DNA of 64,000 nucleotides from an uncultured cyanobacterium (GTDB lineage Bacteria; Cyanobacteriota; Cyanobacteriia; Cyanobacteriales; CAWUOF01): contig CAVUSO010000001.1 of the NCBI GenBank assembly GCA_963744145.1, forward strand, positions 4,704,001 through 4,768,000. The letters are read 5' to 3'. The translations under genes and the position numbers were made by a program. Under the pieces are notes generated by a model. It saw only the letters and a list, made by a program, of their open reading frames with translations. It was not told the origin of the DNA and did not search any database. Positions 27,592 through 37,597 of the stretch are shown here, one piece after another. Within the stretch, counting starts at the first letter, position 1. Each line of letters starts with the position of its first letter.

Positions 27592-29976
27592 ATGAAAATC
27601 AAACAGTTATTTATAACTAATAGAGATTATTTCTGGCAAATACTGCTATTAATTCTTACTTATTTCTGCGTTGGAAAAATATCTATATCAATAGGTTCTT
27701 TACCTGGAAACGTAACCGCAGTATGGCCATTAGCTGGAATTAATTTAGCCGCACTACTATTACTGGGATATCGCGTTTGGTGGGGAATTGGACTGGGGTG
27801 TTTTTTTCTAGAATTTTCCATTTATGGACTTACACAAATTGGGATCTTCCTGGAATTAAGCATAACAATAGGAGTTATAGCAGAATTAATTTTAGCTACC
27901 TATTTGATTAAGCGATTTGTGAAAAATCGTTATTTACTAGATCGATCTCAGGATATTTTCTTATTTTTAATAATAACTACTTTGTGTTTTTTCATATCCC
28001 CTAGTATCAGTGTTACAGCTATATGTCTTGGGGGAAAAGCTCCTTGGGAAGCCTATAGCATAATTTGGTATACATGGTGGACGTCAGAAGTAGTTGGGAT
28101 GATTATTTTCGCTCCTATATTTTTAGCATGGAGCCAGAAAGGCGAACAAATTCAAGAAATTATCAAACAAAAGATTAGTGAAGCAACTATTTTAATAGTA
28201 TTAGTAATTACCATTAGTTTAATTACCTTTCGTCTTAGCTATCCCATCGAATATATCTTGATTCCCCTATTAATGTGGTCGGCTTTTAGCTTAAAACAGA
28301 TAGGGGCAACTTTACTAATCGTAATTGTCTCACTGATTTCAATTATCGGCACCGCTCATGGTTTCGGTCCTTTTGTTCGTCCATCAGTTAATGAGTCTTT
28401 AGTATTATTGCAATCTTTTGTAGCTGTGGTTGCTTTAACTACCCTAATTTTATCCGCTCTAATTACTGAAAACCAGCAGGGACAAGCAAAACTGATTACA
28501 GTTAATCAAGAACTAGAAAGATTTAATCAAGAATTAGATTTACGAGTCAAAGAAAGAACAAATGAACTGAAAATAGCTAAAGAAGTTGCTGATAATGCTA
28601 ATCAAGCTAAAAGCGAATTTCTGGCTAATATGAGTCACGAATTACGAACACCTCTAAATGGGATTTTAGGTTATGCTCAAATTCTCGGACGTGCCAAAGT
28701 TATTCCTGAGAAAGAAAAACATCAAGTCAACATTATTTATCAGTGTGGTTCTCATCTACTAACTCTAATTAATGACGTTCTAGATATTGCCAAAATTGAG
28801 GCTCGTAAACTTGAACTTGTACCTAGTGCCATTCATTTACCATCTCTAGTACAAGGTGTGGTGGAAATCTCCCAAATCCGCGCTCAACAAAAAGGTATTG
28901 ATTTTTACTATACTCCAGATCCTAGGTTACCTCATGGTGTTATTGCTGATGAAAAACGTTTGCGACAGGTACTAATTAACCTCTTAGGTAATGCAATTAA
29001 ATTTACTGATCAAGGTAGTGTCACTCTAAAAGTTGAGCCATTAAACTCAAATACTAATCCAACTCTATTTGCTTACCTCCGCTTTTCTGTTGTCGATACT
29101 GGAATTGGAATTAGTGATGAAAATATTCCGAAACTATTCCAAGCATTTCAACAAGTAGGCGATCGCACTCGTCAAGCGGAAGGAACTGGATTAGGATTAG
29201 CGATTAGTCAACAAATTGTCCAATTGATGGGAGGGAAAATTAAAGTAGAGAGTACCTTGGGAGTAGGAAGTAAATTCTTTTTTGAAGTCAAATTACCACT
29301 CAATAAGGAATGGGTACAACAACAAACAAATAAGGCTGGGAATATTATTAGCTATAATGGAGATAAAAAACAAATATTAATTATAGACGATCGTTGGGAA
29401 AATCGAGCAGTAATTGTTAATTTATTATCACCGATTGGTTTTGTAGTTAGGGAAGCGGAGAATGGAAAAGAAGGATTAGATAAAATCAGGGAAAATCACC
29501 CAGATTTAGTAATTACAGATTTAGCAATGCCCGTAATGGATGGATTTGAATTTCTTAAACAATTGCGAAATAATCAAAATTTAAAACATACAAAAGTTCT
29601 AGTTTCCTCAGCATCTGTAGCTGAAATAGATCAACAAATGAGCTTAGATGCAGGTGGGGATGATTTTCTTGCTAAACCAGTTTATGCCCAAGATTTATTT
29701 AACCTCTTAGCCCATCACTTACAAATTACTTGGAATTATGAAGAAGTCGAAATAGCCCAGCAACAAGAAATCATATTTCCCCCAGTAACAGAACTAGAAA
29801 AAATCTACCAATCTAGTAGAATTGGTGATATGGATACAGTGATCAATGAAGCTACTCGGTTAGAACAGTTGAATCCAGCATATCAACCTTTTGTTACTCG
29901 TTTAATTGAGTTTACCGACAATTTTGATGATACTGGTATTATCGAATTTCTGGAACCTATTATGCGATCGCCATAA
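27592..29976 (+). CDS. MASE1-domain hybrid sensor histidine kinase / response regulator
   Basis: Multi-TM N-terminus (AVWPLAG), H-box [16 protein letters not shown]-box [11 protein letters not shown] boxes, receiver [12 protein letters not shown]-track start is 27526. Confidence 0.93.
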   Translation: MKIKQLFITNRDYFWQILLLILTYFCVGKISISIGSLPGNVTAVWPLAGINLAALLLLGYRVWWGIGLGCFFLEFSIYGLTQIGIFLELSITIGVIAELILATYLIKRFVKNRYLLDRSQDIFLFLIITTLCFFISPSISVTAICLGGKAPWEAYSIIWYTWWTSEVVGMIIFAPIFLAWSQKGEQIQEIIKQKISEATILIVLVITISLITFRLSYPIEYILIPLLMWSAFSLKQIGATLLIVIVSLISIIGTAHGFGPFVRPSVNESLVLLQSFVAVVALTTLILSALITENQQGQAKLITVNQELERFNQELDLRVKERTNELKIAKEVADNANQAKSEFLANMSHELRTPLNGILGYAQILGRAKVIPEKEKHQVNIIYQCGSHLLTLINDVLDIAKIEARKLELVPSAIHLPSLVQGVVEISQIRAQQKGIDFYYTPDPRLPHGVIADEKRLRQVLINLLGNAIKFTDQGSVTLKVEPLNSNTNPTLFAYLRFSVVDTGIGISDENIPKLFQAFQQVGDRTRQAEGTGLGLAISQQIVQLMGGKIKVESTLGVGSKFFFEVKLPLNKEWVQQQTNKAGNIISYNGDKKQILIIDDRWENRAVIVNLLSPIGFVVREAENGKEGLDKIRENHPDLVITDLAMPVMDGFEFLKQLRNNQNLKHTKVLVSSASVAEIDQQMSLDAGGDDFLAKPVYAQDLFNLLAHHLQITWNYEEVEIAQQQEIIFPPVTELEKIYQSSRIGDMDTVINEATRLEQLNPAYQPFVTRLIEFTDNFDDTGIIEFLEPIMRSP

Positions 29977-30245
29977 TTTAATCTGTAAAAATACTTAGCG
30001 ATTAATCTGGAACCTAACTTCACCTTAAGACTGAAACTTCACTGGTAATTTGAATTTTATCTCTGACCACGAGACGGATGAGACGGTCTCAGGACCTACG
30101 TGAGCTTTGGCAAGCTAGAAAACTTAAAAGATGCTGTACAGAAAAATTTTAGGGTTTTCTGTGAAAATTTCTGCGTAATTTTTTGGCACTGGTCCGATAC
30201 GTAAATGAACCTCCTTAAAAATCGTCAAAATTGGTCAGTGTAACT

Positions 30246-30485
30246 ATGGCTAATATGTCGCCTTCCTCTAAACGCAGTAAAAGACGCCAGTTACTTTCAC
30301 TATATGGAAACTACTGTTGCTGGTGCCGTAAGCAGATGAGAAGATCGGAAAGAACCATTGAACATTTAATTCCCAAAAGTCTGGGAGGTTCCAACGCACT
30401 CTCCAACCTACGTTTGGCTTGTTTTAGTTGTAATAATTCGCGGGGCAACAGCCTCATCCCCCCAGTTAGAAAAAATTTATTGTAA
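30246..30485 (+). CDS. Small HNH endonuclease
   Basis: CCWC...TIEHLIPKSLGGSNALSNLRLACFSCNNSRG. Confidence 0.88.
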   Translation: MANMSPSSKRSKRRQLLSLYGNYCCWCRKQMRRSERTIEHLIPKSLGGSNALSNLRLACFSCNNSRGNSLIPPVRKNLL

Positions 30486-30540
30486 TTTTACAGTAAATAC
30501 AGTAAATTGGTATAAGCCACTAGTACCTGTAAAAAATGGT

Positions 30541-31233
30541 ATGGATGATTTAGATAAACGGCTAGCTAATTTAATTACCCAACTACAGCAAGCTCCACCA
30601 CAAACGAGTAAATGGCGATCGGCTATGAATTATTTACTGCGGGAAATTCAGCAACTCCCTGGATTAGTCAAATCTTCTCACCCAGACTATCCGACTGCAT
30701 TAAACCTTACCTTAGTATGGGTCAGCCATAATATAGCTAATTTTCAGCTACGTTCTTCTTCGGTTTCAAAGAGTTTAGAAATCTGGATTAACGGCTATCA
30801 TCGTTGGCGAATTAAAGATTTGTATGCTCCAGATAAAGATGCTGCAATTAGCTTAGATGCTCCGATTCAAGAAGAAGCTGGTGAAAGAACTCTACTTGAA
30901 CAAATACCTGCTTTTACACTTAGCGGTTTGGATGGTTTAATTGAAAATAACCAAAAAGAAACGACTCAACGTATCGGGTTAGAATTAGAGGTATACATCG
31001 AACAAGATCCAGAAGAAAACCTTAAAAATAGCTATCCTCGCTCGTACCCTGAATGTAACTGTCAATTTCTCAGCAAAAGACGAATCCTAAAAGAACCCCC
31101 AGACAAATTTGCAGATGTCGCAAGAGAACTCAATATTAAATACACTACAGTTAATTCTCATTGGCAGAGGAAATGCCAACCATTGCTACAAGAAATCGCT
31201 AAAAATCTGGGATATCAACAGGAGCAACAATAA
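30541..31233 (+). CDS. Sigma-70/ECF-like (HetZ-related) regulator
   Basis: WINGYHRWRIKD (region-2-like), ISLDAPI and a C-terminal HTH (FADVARELNIKYTTVNSHWQRKC). Paralog of 47640..48338. Confidence 0.7.
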   Translation: MDDLDKRLANLITQLQQAPPQTSKWRSAMNYLLREIQQLPGLVKSSHPDYPTALNLTLVWVSHNIANFQLRSSSVSKSLEIWINGYHRWRIKDLYAPDKDAAISLDAPIQEEAGERTLLEQIPAFTLSGLDGLIENNQKETTQRIGLELEVYIEQDPEENLKNSYPRSYPECNCQFLSKRRILKEPPDKFADVARELNIKYTTVNSHWQRKCQPLLQEIAKNLGYQQEQQ

Positions 31234-31994
31234 TGAACAATACAGAAACACCTTTACTAAGAGTAATGCTAGAACCAGAAGCACACAAAATTGCGCGGCA
31301 ATTGGCGGCTGTGCAAGCAACAGTTAATAAAGGAAAGCGAGTTTACTTGAATACTTTAGCTGTTTACGCAGTCTCTACCTATTTAAAATGGTTGCAAATT
31401 AAAACCGATCTGAATAATTCAGATAGCTTTGATCCAGTAAAAACCGCTTTATCCAATGTAGCTGATTTAGTGATTCCTGGTATGGGTAAACTAGAGTGTT
31501 GTCCGGTTTTACCAGGTGAAAAAACCATCTCTTTATCATCAGATGTAATAGAAAATCCCATCGGTTATGTTGCCGTCCAATTTACAGAGAATTTAGACTC
31601 CGTACAACTATTGGGATTTGCGCCAAGTCAAGATCCGTTAAATATTCCACAATTGTTAGCATTAACAGAACTTATGCCTATTGATGCTCTGAGCGAACAA
31701 ATTACTCGCTTGGAAAATGCGATCGCATTTCTAGAAACAGATGACCAAGTAGCAGTGCAGGTGCGTTCTCAGATAGAAACCCAATCTTGGAGTGATATTA
31801 TTAATCAGTTAGAACGCATTTACCGAACTTGTGATGAGTATGAATGGCGGTATGCAGGAGGAGAAATATTAGCTGGAGATGCGATCGCTGTTGATGCTAC
31901 TCGCGAAACAATTCAACAAAATGATAGCGAATTACAAGATTTAGCCGAAATACTAATGGAAAAATTAGCAAAAATTTGGAGAGATATTGTGTAG
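31233..31994 (+). CDS. DUF1822-family protein
   Basis: KRVYLNTLAVYAV, ADLVIPGMGKLECCPV and IGYVAVQ...LLGF. Translationally coupled to the upstream gene (TAATG). Confidence 0.85.
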   Translation: MNNTETPLLRVMLEPEAHKIARQLAAVQATVNKGKRVYLNTLAVYAVSTYLKWLQIKTDLNNSDSFDPVKTALSNVADLVIPGMGKLECCPVLPGEKTISLSSDVIENPIGYVAVQFTENLDSVQLLGFAPSQDPLNIPQLLALTELMPIDALSEQITRLENAIAFLETDDQVAVQVRSQIETQSWSDIINQLERIYRTCDEYEWRYAGGEILAGDAIAVDATRETIQQNDSELQDLAEILMEKLAKIWRDIV

Positions 31995-32106
31995 GGGCGA
32001 AGCATTCGGGCGAAAATTTATCACTTAAATCCGTTAATTTTATATCCGAATGCTTCGCCCTTCTTCGCCGAGATCCCCAAAAATATTCTTAACTGAACCG
32101 TATTGA
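31991..32106. repeat. GTAG-type REP plus CTTAACTGAACCG end motif; the REP supplies the DUF1822 stop codon
   Basis: GTAGGGGCGAAGCATTCGG...CCGAATGCTTCGCCC. The TAG at 31992-31994 is the stop. Confidence 0.7.
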
Positions 32107-32137
32107 TATTTAACACCCTTTGCAATAAAAGACAATT

Positions 32138-35100
32138 ATGAATTCACAACGACGCGAAGATTATTACAGATTGATCTACCAATTATTAACCTGTCGGAAT
32201 GGAGAACAGCCAGAAATTATGATGGCTCACCCAGATTTAATCGATGATGGGTTAGTGGAAGCTCTAAAAGAAATAGCCACCCTGATGATGCAGCAAGGCA
32301 ATCAACAATATGCGAATTATTTAAACTATGTTGCCGAGCATCTGCATTTAGAACCATTTTTTAAAAGTAGTGTTACTAACCCAAAAAATTCTATTCAGGA
32401 ACCATCCCTAAACCCAAACCTCTTAAAAATGCCGATTAATTTACAGGAAATGCTGCAAATTTTCGGGGAAAATTGGGGTGATACGCAAAGACTTTACCAA
32501 CTACTATCTCCCTATTTAGATAAACTGGATGACAATTTTGTTGAGCAGTTTCGTAACTGGATATTTTCTATAAAAAATTCCCAATTCTCAGAAGTTTTAC
32601 ATAACTTAGCAAAAGTAATAAGCAACTTTAGCAGTCTCCTTTGGCATTGTCCTTTGGGGAATAGAGCGATCAACTTAGAAATTGCTCTGATCGGGCGTGA
32701 GTTTTTTGAATTGGTTGTTAGGCGCGATGAATTTCCCGAAGAATGGGCAAATAACCAATTCGATCAAGCCCCTATTTACCGCCATCGGATTCGAGGAAAT
32801 CGTGCTGATAATTTGGAAAAAGCAAGATCGGCTTGTGAGCAAGCTTTGCAAGTATATACTCGAGATCGTTTCCCAGAAAAATGGGCGAGCATACAAAGTA
32901 ATTTAGGTCTAGTTTATAATAACAGAATTGTTGGGGAAAAAGCGGCTAATCTAGAAAAAGCGATCGCTTGCTATGAAACAGGATTACAAGTTGTTAACCG
33001 CACTCAACTTCCTGAAATTTGGGGTATACTTCAAAATAATCTGGGTGATGCCTATTTGAACAGAATTCAGGGTAATAAAACAGAGAATATAGAGAAGGGG
33101 ATCGCTTGCTATCAAGTTGCACTACAGGTGCGTACTCGATCTGCATCTCCCTATTATTGGGCTAGTAGCCAATTTAGCCTTGGTAATGCCTATAATAAAA
33201 GGATTTTAGGTGACAAAAAACAGAATCTAGAAAAGGCAATTTCAGCATATATTAACGCTTTAGAAGTTTATACAATTTCTGATTATCCTGAGCGATGGGC
33301 AGGAGCAAAAAGCCAGCTGGGAAATGTCTACGGCGAAACAGGTCAAATCACTGAAGCACTTGACTGTTTCCGTGCTGCGTTACAAGTCTTTACTCCCAGT
33401 GCTTTTCCCAGAGATTGCATACTAACTGGATCGAATTTAGGCAAAATAGCCTTAGCTGCTGGTATGAAAGCAGAAGCTTTTGAAGGTTTTGCAATTGCAA
33501 TTGAAGCTGTTGAACAAAGCCGCCGTTGGGCTGGTACTGCTGTCCACCAGCAAGAAATTACCGAAGAGGTGTTTGCCTACGCAAACATGGTAGTTTTTTG
33601 TATCATCAATGGAGAGAAAGATAAAGCCAGAGAATATGCCAAGCGTTCTGCTTCTCAAGAAATTTTAAAACTTTTAGATACTGATGAAATTCAACAGATT
33701 TACTCAAAGTCAGAATTTATCGGACGGATATTGCAAGCAACTGCTGAAAATGGCTCAAAACCGGAATTAGTCTATCAAATTTTAGAAAGTAATATCAATA
33801 AATTAGACGATTCTTTTGTTCAGAGCTTGCAAGATATTGGAAATACTTTGGGTATGATGCCATCATTCCAAGCTATTAACGGTGCTGCAACTATTTTAAG
33901 TTTTAGCCATCTGGTTCAGCAATTTGCACAAGGCGATCGCGTAATTAATTTTAAAATTGCTTCTACAGGTTATGAGGTAGCTGCCACTGTTTTTACTAAA
34001 GAAGCTTTTCCCGAACATTGGGAAAATATTCAAAATGCGGTACGAGAACTATTTCATCTTCAACTATTTGAAGCAGTATTAGAAAATAAAAATCCTAAAG
34101 ATTTAGACTCTTTACTAGAAGAAAACAAGCACAAACTTGATGAGCGATTTGCTACTGTATTGCGATTGAAAACAACAGCTAGGCTATCTGAAATGCCGCC
34201 AGAGAATGCAAAGTATATTGCTGAAATTCTTATACATTTGAGTGCTATTATCCAAAATTTTCCCCAAGGTAAAGTGGCAAATAATTTAGAAATTGCCATT
34301 ACAGGGTATGAGGTAGCCTCTACTGTCTTAACTCGCGAAGCATTTCCAGAACAATGGGCTTTATGGCAAACTTTTCTGGGTAATGCTTATCACCGTCGAG
34401 TTAAGGGTGATGCGGCAGAAAACTTAGAAAAAGCGATCGCTCATTTGCAGAATGCCTTACAAATTAATCCCCGCGAAGCATTCCCAAAACGTTGGGCAGA
34501 GATTCAAAATAATTTGGTCATTGCTTACTGCTATCGGATTCGTGGCGATCAATTAGAAAATGCAGAATTGGCAATTGCCGCAGGTATGGCTGCAATGGAA
34601 GTGTACACCCGTGAAGCATTCCCGGAAGGATGGGGAAAAATTCAAAACAATTTGGGTATTGTGTATCGCGATCGCGTTGGTGGTGACAAGGCGGAAAACT
34701 TGGAACTAGCGATCGCTTGTTATCAAAATGCTTTGTTAATCCGTACCCGTGAGGATTTTCCAAAACTGTGGGCGGAAACTCAAATGAATTTGGGATCTGC
34801 CTATCGACATCGGCGCAAAGGTCACAAGGCAGAAAATTTGGAACTAGCGATCGCTGCCAACTTTGCCGCCTTACAAGTTTACACCAAAGAAACTTTTCCT
34901 AGAGATTGGGCTGGCGTTCAAATGAATTTGGGCAATGCTTATCTTGATCGGCAGAAAGGAAATTCCTTTGAGAACCTAAAAAACGCTGCACTTGCCCACC
35001 AAGCTGCCTTAGAAATCTTTACCTTAGATGAATTTCCCCAAAATTGGGCAATGACCCAAATGAACTTAGGAAATACCTATGAATTACAATGGCACGAGGA

Positions 35101-36952
35101 AAAGGCGATCACTTGTTATCAGTCAGCTTTAAAAGTTTTTACACCTACTGCTTTTCCTCTCCTATGTCTCAATACGGGACGAAGGCTGGGCGATGTGGCA
35201 TTTTCATTGAGGAAATGGACGGAAGCAATCAAAGGATATGGTATCGCGATCGAAGCTGTAGAAACCAGTCGCACTTGGGCAACTTCCGAATTTCGCCGTC
35301 AAAAGATTTTGGCAGATGCGATCGACATTTACCAAAACATAGTGCAAGCCTGTATTAATAATCATCAACTGGATAAAGCTATTGAGTATGTAGAACGTTC
35401 TCGGTCTAAACGACTTGTTGATTTAATAGCTAGTAATGACCTTTACTCATCTGGAGAAATTCCTGTTGAAATCCAACCGTATTTGCAAGAGTTTGAATCA
35501 CTACAACAGCGGATTGACAACCACCGAGAGTATTATATTAGCAGCAATTTGGAGGGAAACCAAATCGGCCAAAAGCAACAAAAACGTGCTGCTATACAGG
35601 CTTATAACGAAACAATAGCTTCTCTAGAAGCTGAAAAACAGTTAGTATGGGAACAGATTCGCCGTCTCGATCCGGTACTGGCTGGTCAAATCCAAGTTAA
35701 GTCCCTGGAATTATCATCTATACAGCAACTCATTGACCAGCCCACTACCGCTATTCTTAGCTTTTATACTACTGTCAATGCTACTCATATTTTTGTGATC
35801 AAACAAAACCAGATTACTTTACATAGTTGCGCTAAGATAAGAAAAGTTTTAGCTGACTGGTTAAACTTATATATTGAAAATACAGAACTTTGGAAAGAAC
35901 AGTTGAGTTCGATGCTGGCTGAATTAGCTAAATCTCTGCAATTGCAGAACTTAATAGCACAGCATTTAGAGGAAATTTCCTCACTCATTATTGTTCCACA
36001 TTGGGAGCTTCATCAGATTCCTTTCGCTGCTTTACCCATTGCAGAGGAAGAATATTTAGGAGATAAATTTCTCATTCACTATACCCCTAGCTGCCAAATC
36101 TTGGAATTTTGTCAGCAACGTCCTTCTTTATTAGGAAATAACGGAAAATATGGACTTGTAGAAGATGCTACAGAAGATTTACCTTATGCTAGTTTTGAAG
36201 GTGAACAACTAGCAAATTTGTACAATATTCCAGATAATCTACGCTTAAAAGGTCGTCAAGAAGCTACGGTGAGCAAGTATCAAAAACTGATCCAAAGTGT
36301 TGAGGTTATTCACTCTAGTCATCATGCTCGTTCACGTCTTGATAATCCTTTAGAATCTACCTTGATTTTAGGAGATGGTTGTATTACCCTGGGTCAGTTA
36401 ATGACTCCAGGATGGCGTTTACCTCAGTTATCAGATGTATTCTTATCTTGTTGTGAAACGGGTTTAGGTATAGCTGAAATAACTGATGATATCCTAACTT
36501 TTTCAACCGGATTTTTGTCTGCTGGCGCTAGAAGCGTTATTAGCACTCTTTGGGCAGTTGATGATTTAGCAACGGCGCTGTTTTCGATATTTTACTATCA
36601 GAATCGACAACAAGGTTTAAATCGAATTGAGGCTCTCAGAAAGGCTCAAGTTAGTCTGCGTAATCTTACGGACGAACAGCTGAATAATGTTTACAAACCT
36701 CAGCTAAAACCACTTTTAGCCCAAAAATTAAAGGCATTTCAAACAAGGCGTAAACAGGTTAAACAACAACAAAATGACTATTTACCGGAATCTGAATTCT
36801 ATCAGCAATTAGATCAAGAGTATAAGGAATGCGATCGCATTGGCAAATTAATCTATCAATCCCAAAAAAACTTGGAGTCTTTTTGTCAGGAATTAAAACC
36901 TTTTTCAAATCCTTTTTACTGGGCAGCTTTTATCTGTACAGGTTTGCGATAG
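32138..36952 (+). CDS. TPR-CHAT (caspase-like) protease with two TPR blocks
   Basis: 40-aa TPR repeats (FPExWAxxQNNLGxAY), ERSRSKRL, IIVPH, HSSHHA, LSCCETG, STLWAVDD and PFYWAAF. Confidence 0.93.
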   Translation: MNSQRREDYYRLIYQLLTCRNGEQPEIMMAHPDLIDDGLVEALKEIATLMMQQGNQQYANYLNYVAEHLHLEPFFKSSVTNPKNSIQEPSLNPNLLKMPINLQEMLQIFGENWGDTQRLYQLLSPYLDKLDDNFVEQFRNWIFSIKNSQFSEVLHNLAKVISNFSSLLWHCPLGNRAINLEIALIGREFFELVVRRDEFPEEWANNQFDQAPIYRHRIRGNRADNLEKARSACEQALQVYTRDRFPEKWASIQSNLGLVYNNRIVGEKAANLEKAIACYETGLQVVNRTQLPEIWGILQNNLGDAYLNRIQGNKTENIEKGIACYQVALQVRTRSASPYYWASSQFSLGNAYNKRILGDKKQNLEKAISAYINALEVYTISDYPERWAGAKSQLGNVYGETGQITEALDCFRAALQVFTPSAFPRDCILTGSNLGKIALAAGMKAEAFEGFAIAIEAVEQSRRWAGTAVHQQEITEEVFAYANMVVFCIINGEKDKAREYAKRSASQEILKLLDTDEIQQIYSKSEFIGRILQATAENGSKPELVYQILESNINKLDDSFVQSLQDIGNTLGMMPSFQAINGAATILSFSHLVQQFAQGDRVINFKIASTGYEVAATVFTKEAFPEHWENIQNAVRELFHLQLFEAVLENKNPKDLDSLLEENKHKLDERFATVLRLKTTARLSEMPPENAKYIAEILIHLSAIIQNFPQGKVANNLEIAITGYEVASTVLTREAFPEQWALWQTFLGNAYHRRVKGDAAENLEKAIAHLQNALQINPREAFPKRWAEIQNNLVIAYCYRIRGDQLENAELAIAAGMAAMEVYTREAFPEGWGKIQNNLGIVYRDRVGGDKAENLELAIACYQNALLIRTREDFPKLWAETQMNLGSAYRHRRKGHKAENLELAIAANFAALQVYTKETFPRDWAGVQMNLGNAYLDRQKGNSFENLKNAALAHQAALEIFTLDEFPQNWAMTQMNLGNTYELQWHEEKAITCYQSALKVFTPTAFPLLCLNTGRRLGDVAFSLRKWTEAIKGYGIAIEAVETSRTWATSEFRRQKILADAIDIYQNIVQACINNHQLDKAIEYVERSRSKRLVDLIASNDLYSSGEIPVEIQPYLQEFESLQQRIDNHREYYISSNLEGNQIGQKQQKRAAIQAYNETIASLEAEKQLVWEQIRRLDPVLAGQIQVKSLELSSIQQLIDQPTTAILSFYTTVNATHIFVIKQNQITLHSCAKIRKVLADWLNLYIENTELWKEQLSSMLAELAKSLQLQNLIAQHLEEISSLIIVPHWELHQIPFAALPIAEEEYLGDKFLIHYTPSCQILEFCQQRPSLLGNNGKYGLVEDATEDLPYASFEGEQLANLYNIPDNLRLKGRQEATVSKYQKLIQSVEVIHSSHHARSRLDNPLESTLILGDGCITLGQLMTPGWRLPQLSDVFLSCCETGLGIAEITDDILTFSTGFLSAGARSVISTLWAVDDLATALFSIFYYQNRQQGLNRIEALRKAQVSLRNLTDEQLNNVYKPQLKPLLAQKLKAFQTRRKQVKQQQNDYLPESEFYQQLDQEYKECDRIGKLIYQSQKNLESFCQELKPFSNPFYWAAFICTGLR

Positions 36953-36956
36953 CTGA

Positions 36957-37042
36957 TAGCTCCCAACCCTTAAGAGGGAAGGGGGAGAAAGATAATTCTT
37001 GCTCCCCTTTCCTCCTAGGAGAGGGGTTGGGGGAGAGGTCTC
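36957..37042. repeat. Cyanobacterial intergenic palindromic repeat (second copy at about 58036-58143)
   Basis: AAGGGGGAG...TCTTGCTCCCC...AGGAGAGGGGTTGGGGGAGAGGTC is shared by both copies. Confidence 0.7.
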
Positions 37043-37129
37043 TTCAGCGCGATCGCATTTACTGACTTCATGCGATCGGATTCGCAACTATGTTGAAAAA
37101 TTCAGATGATCAATATTCTTCCTAGAAAA

Positions 37130-37345
37130 TTATACTCCTAGCTTCAAAATATTGCGACGGATAGCATATAACAATCGATTAGCGATCAGTAAATCATCTT
37201 GGCGCAGTGAGTCTGTTAATAAAGTCTCTTTTAATTGCTGCCGCTCTTGATTAGTAATGTATCCGGACAGAATAGCTTTACTAAATATTTCAGCTAGGAC
37301 ATTGTAGGTAGGACGCTCATAGTTAGAAATTGTACAGGTATTCAT
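37130..37345 (-). CDS. Small cyanobacterial hypothetical protein
   Basis: SGYIT..ERQQLK..LL and ANRLLYAIRR pattern. Confidence 0.65.
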   Translation of the reverse strand: MNTCTISNYERPTYNVLAEIFSKAILSGYITNQERQQLKETLLTDSLRQDDLLIANRLLYAIRRNILKLGV

Positions 37346-37597
37346 TTGATTTTCCTTGGTTTTATAAGTTGATTAATCTGCGAGTTGCTGAATTTTATAT
37401 TTTTATTATCCCTTGACTCCCTTTCCTAGTAAGTGATATAGAGTTTAACAGAATGGTGATTGTTTTACCTGTACCAAGTGAGTGATTTTCGGTTTCCAAG
37501 TGAGCCATATCACTAAACTAGCCCAAATGGGTGATACCAGAGGGTTTGGTTGATCGCTCAAACCCTCGCACCACCTAGATCAACCAGAGAATTTCAG

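Noticed and set aside
36829..37087. Short ORFs over repeat regions (also 52810..53148, 16871..17074, 6305..6661, 6773..7030)
   Set aside because: They overlap real genes or palindromic repeats and show no recognisable protein features.
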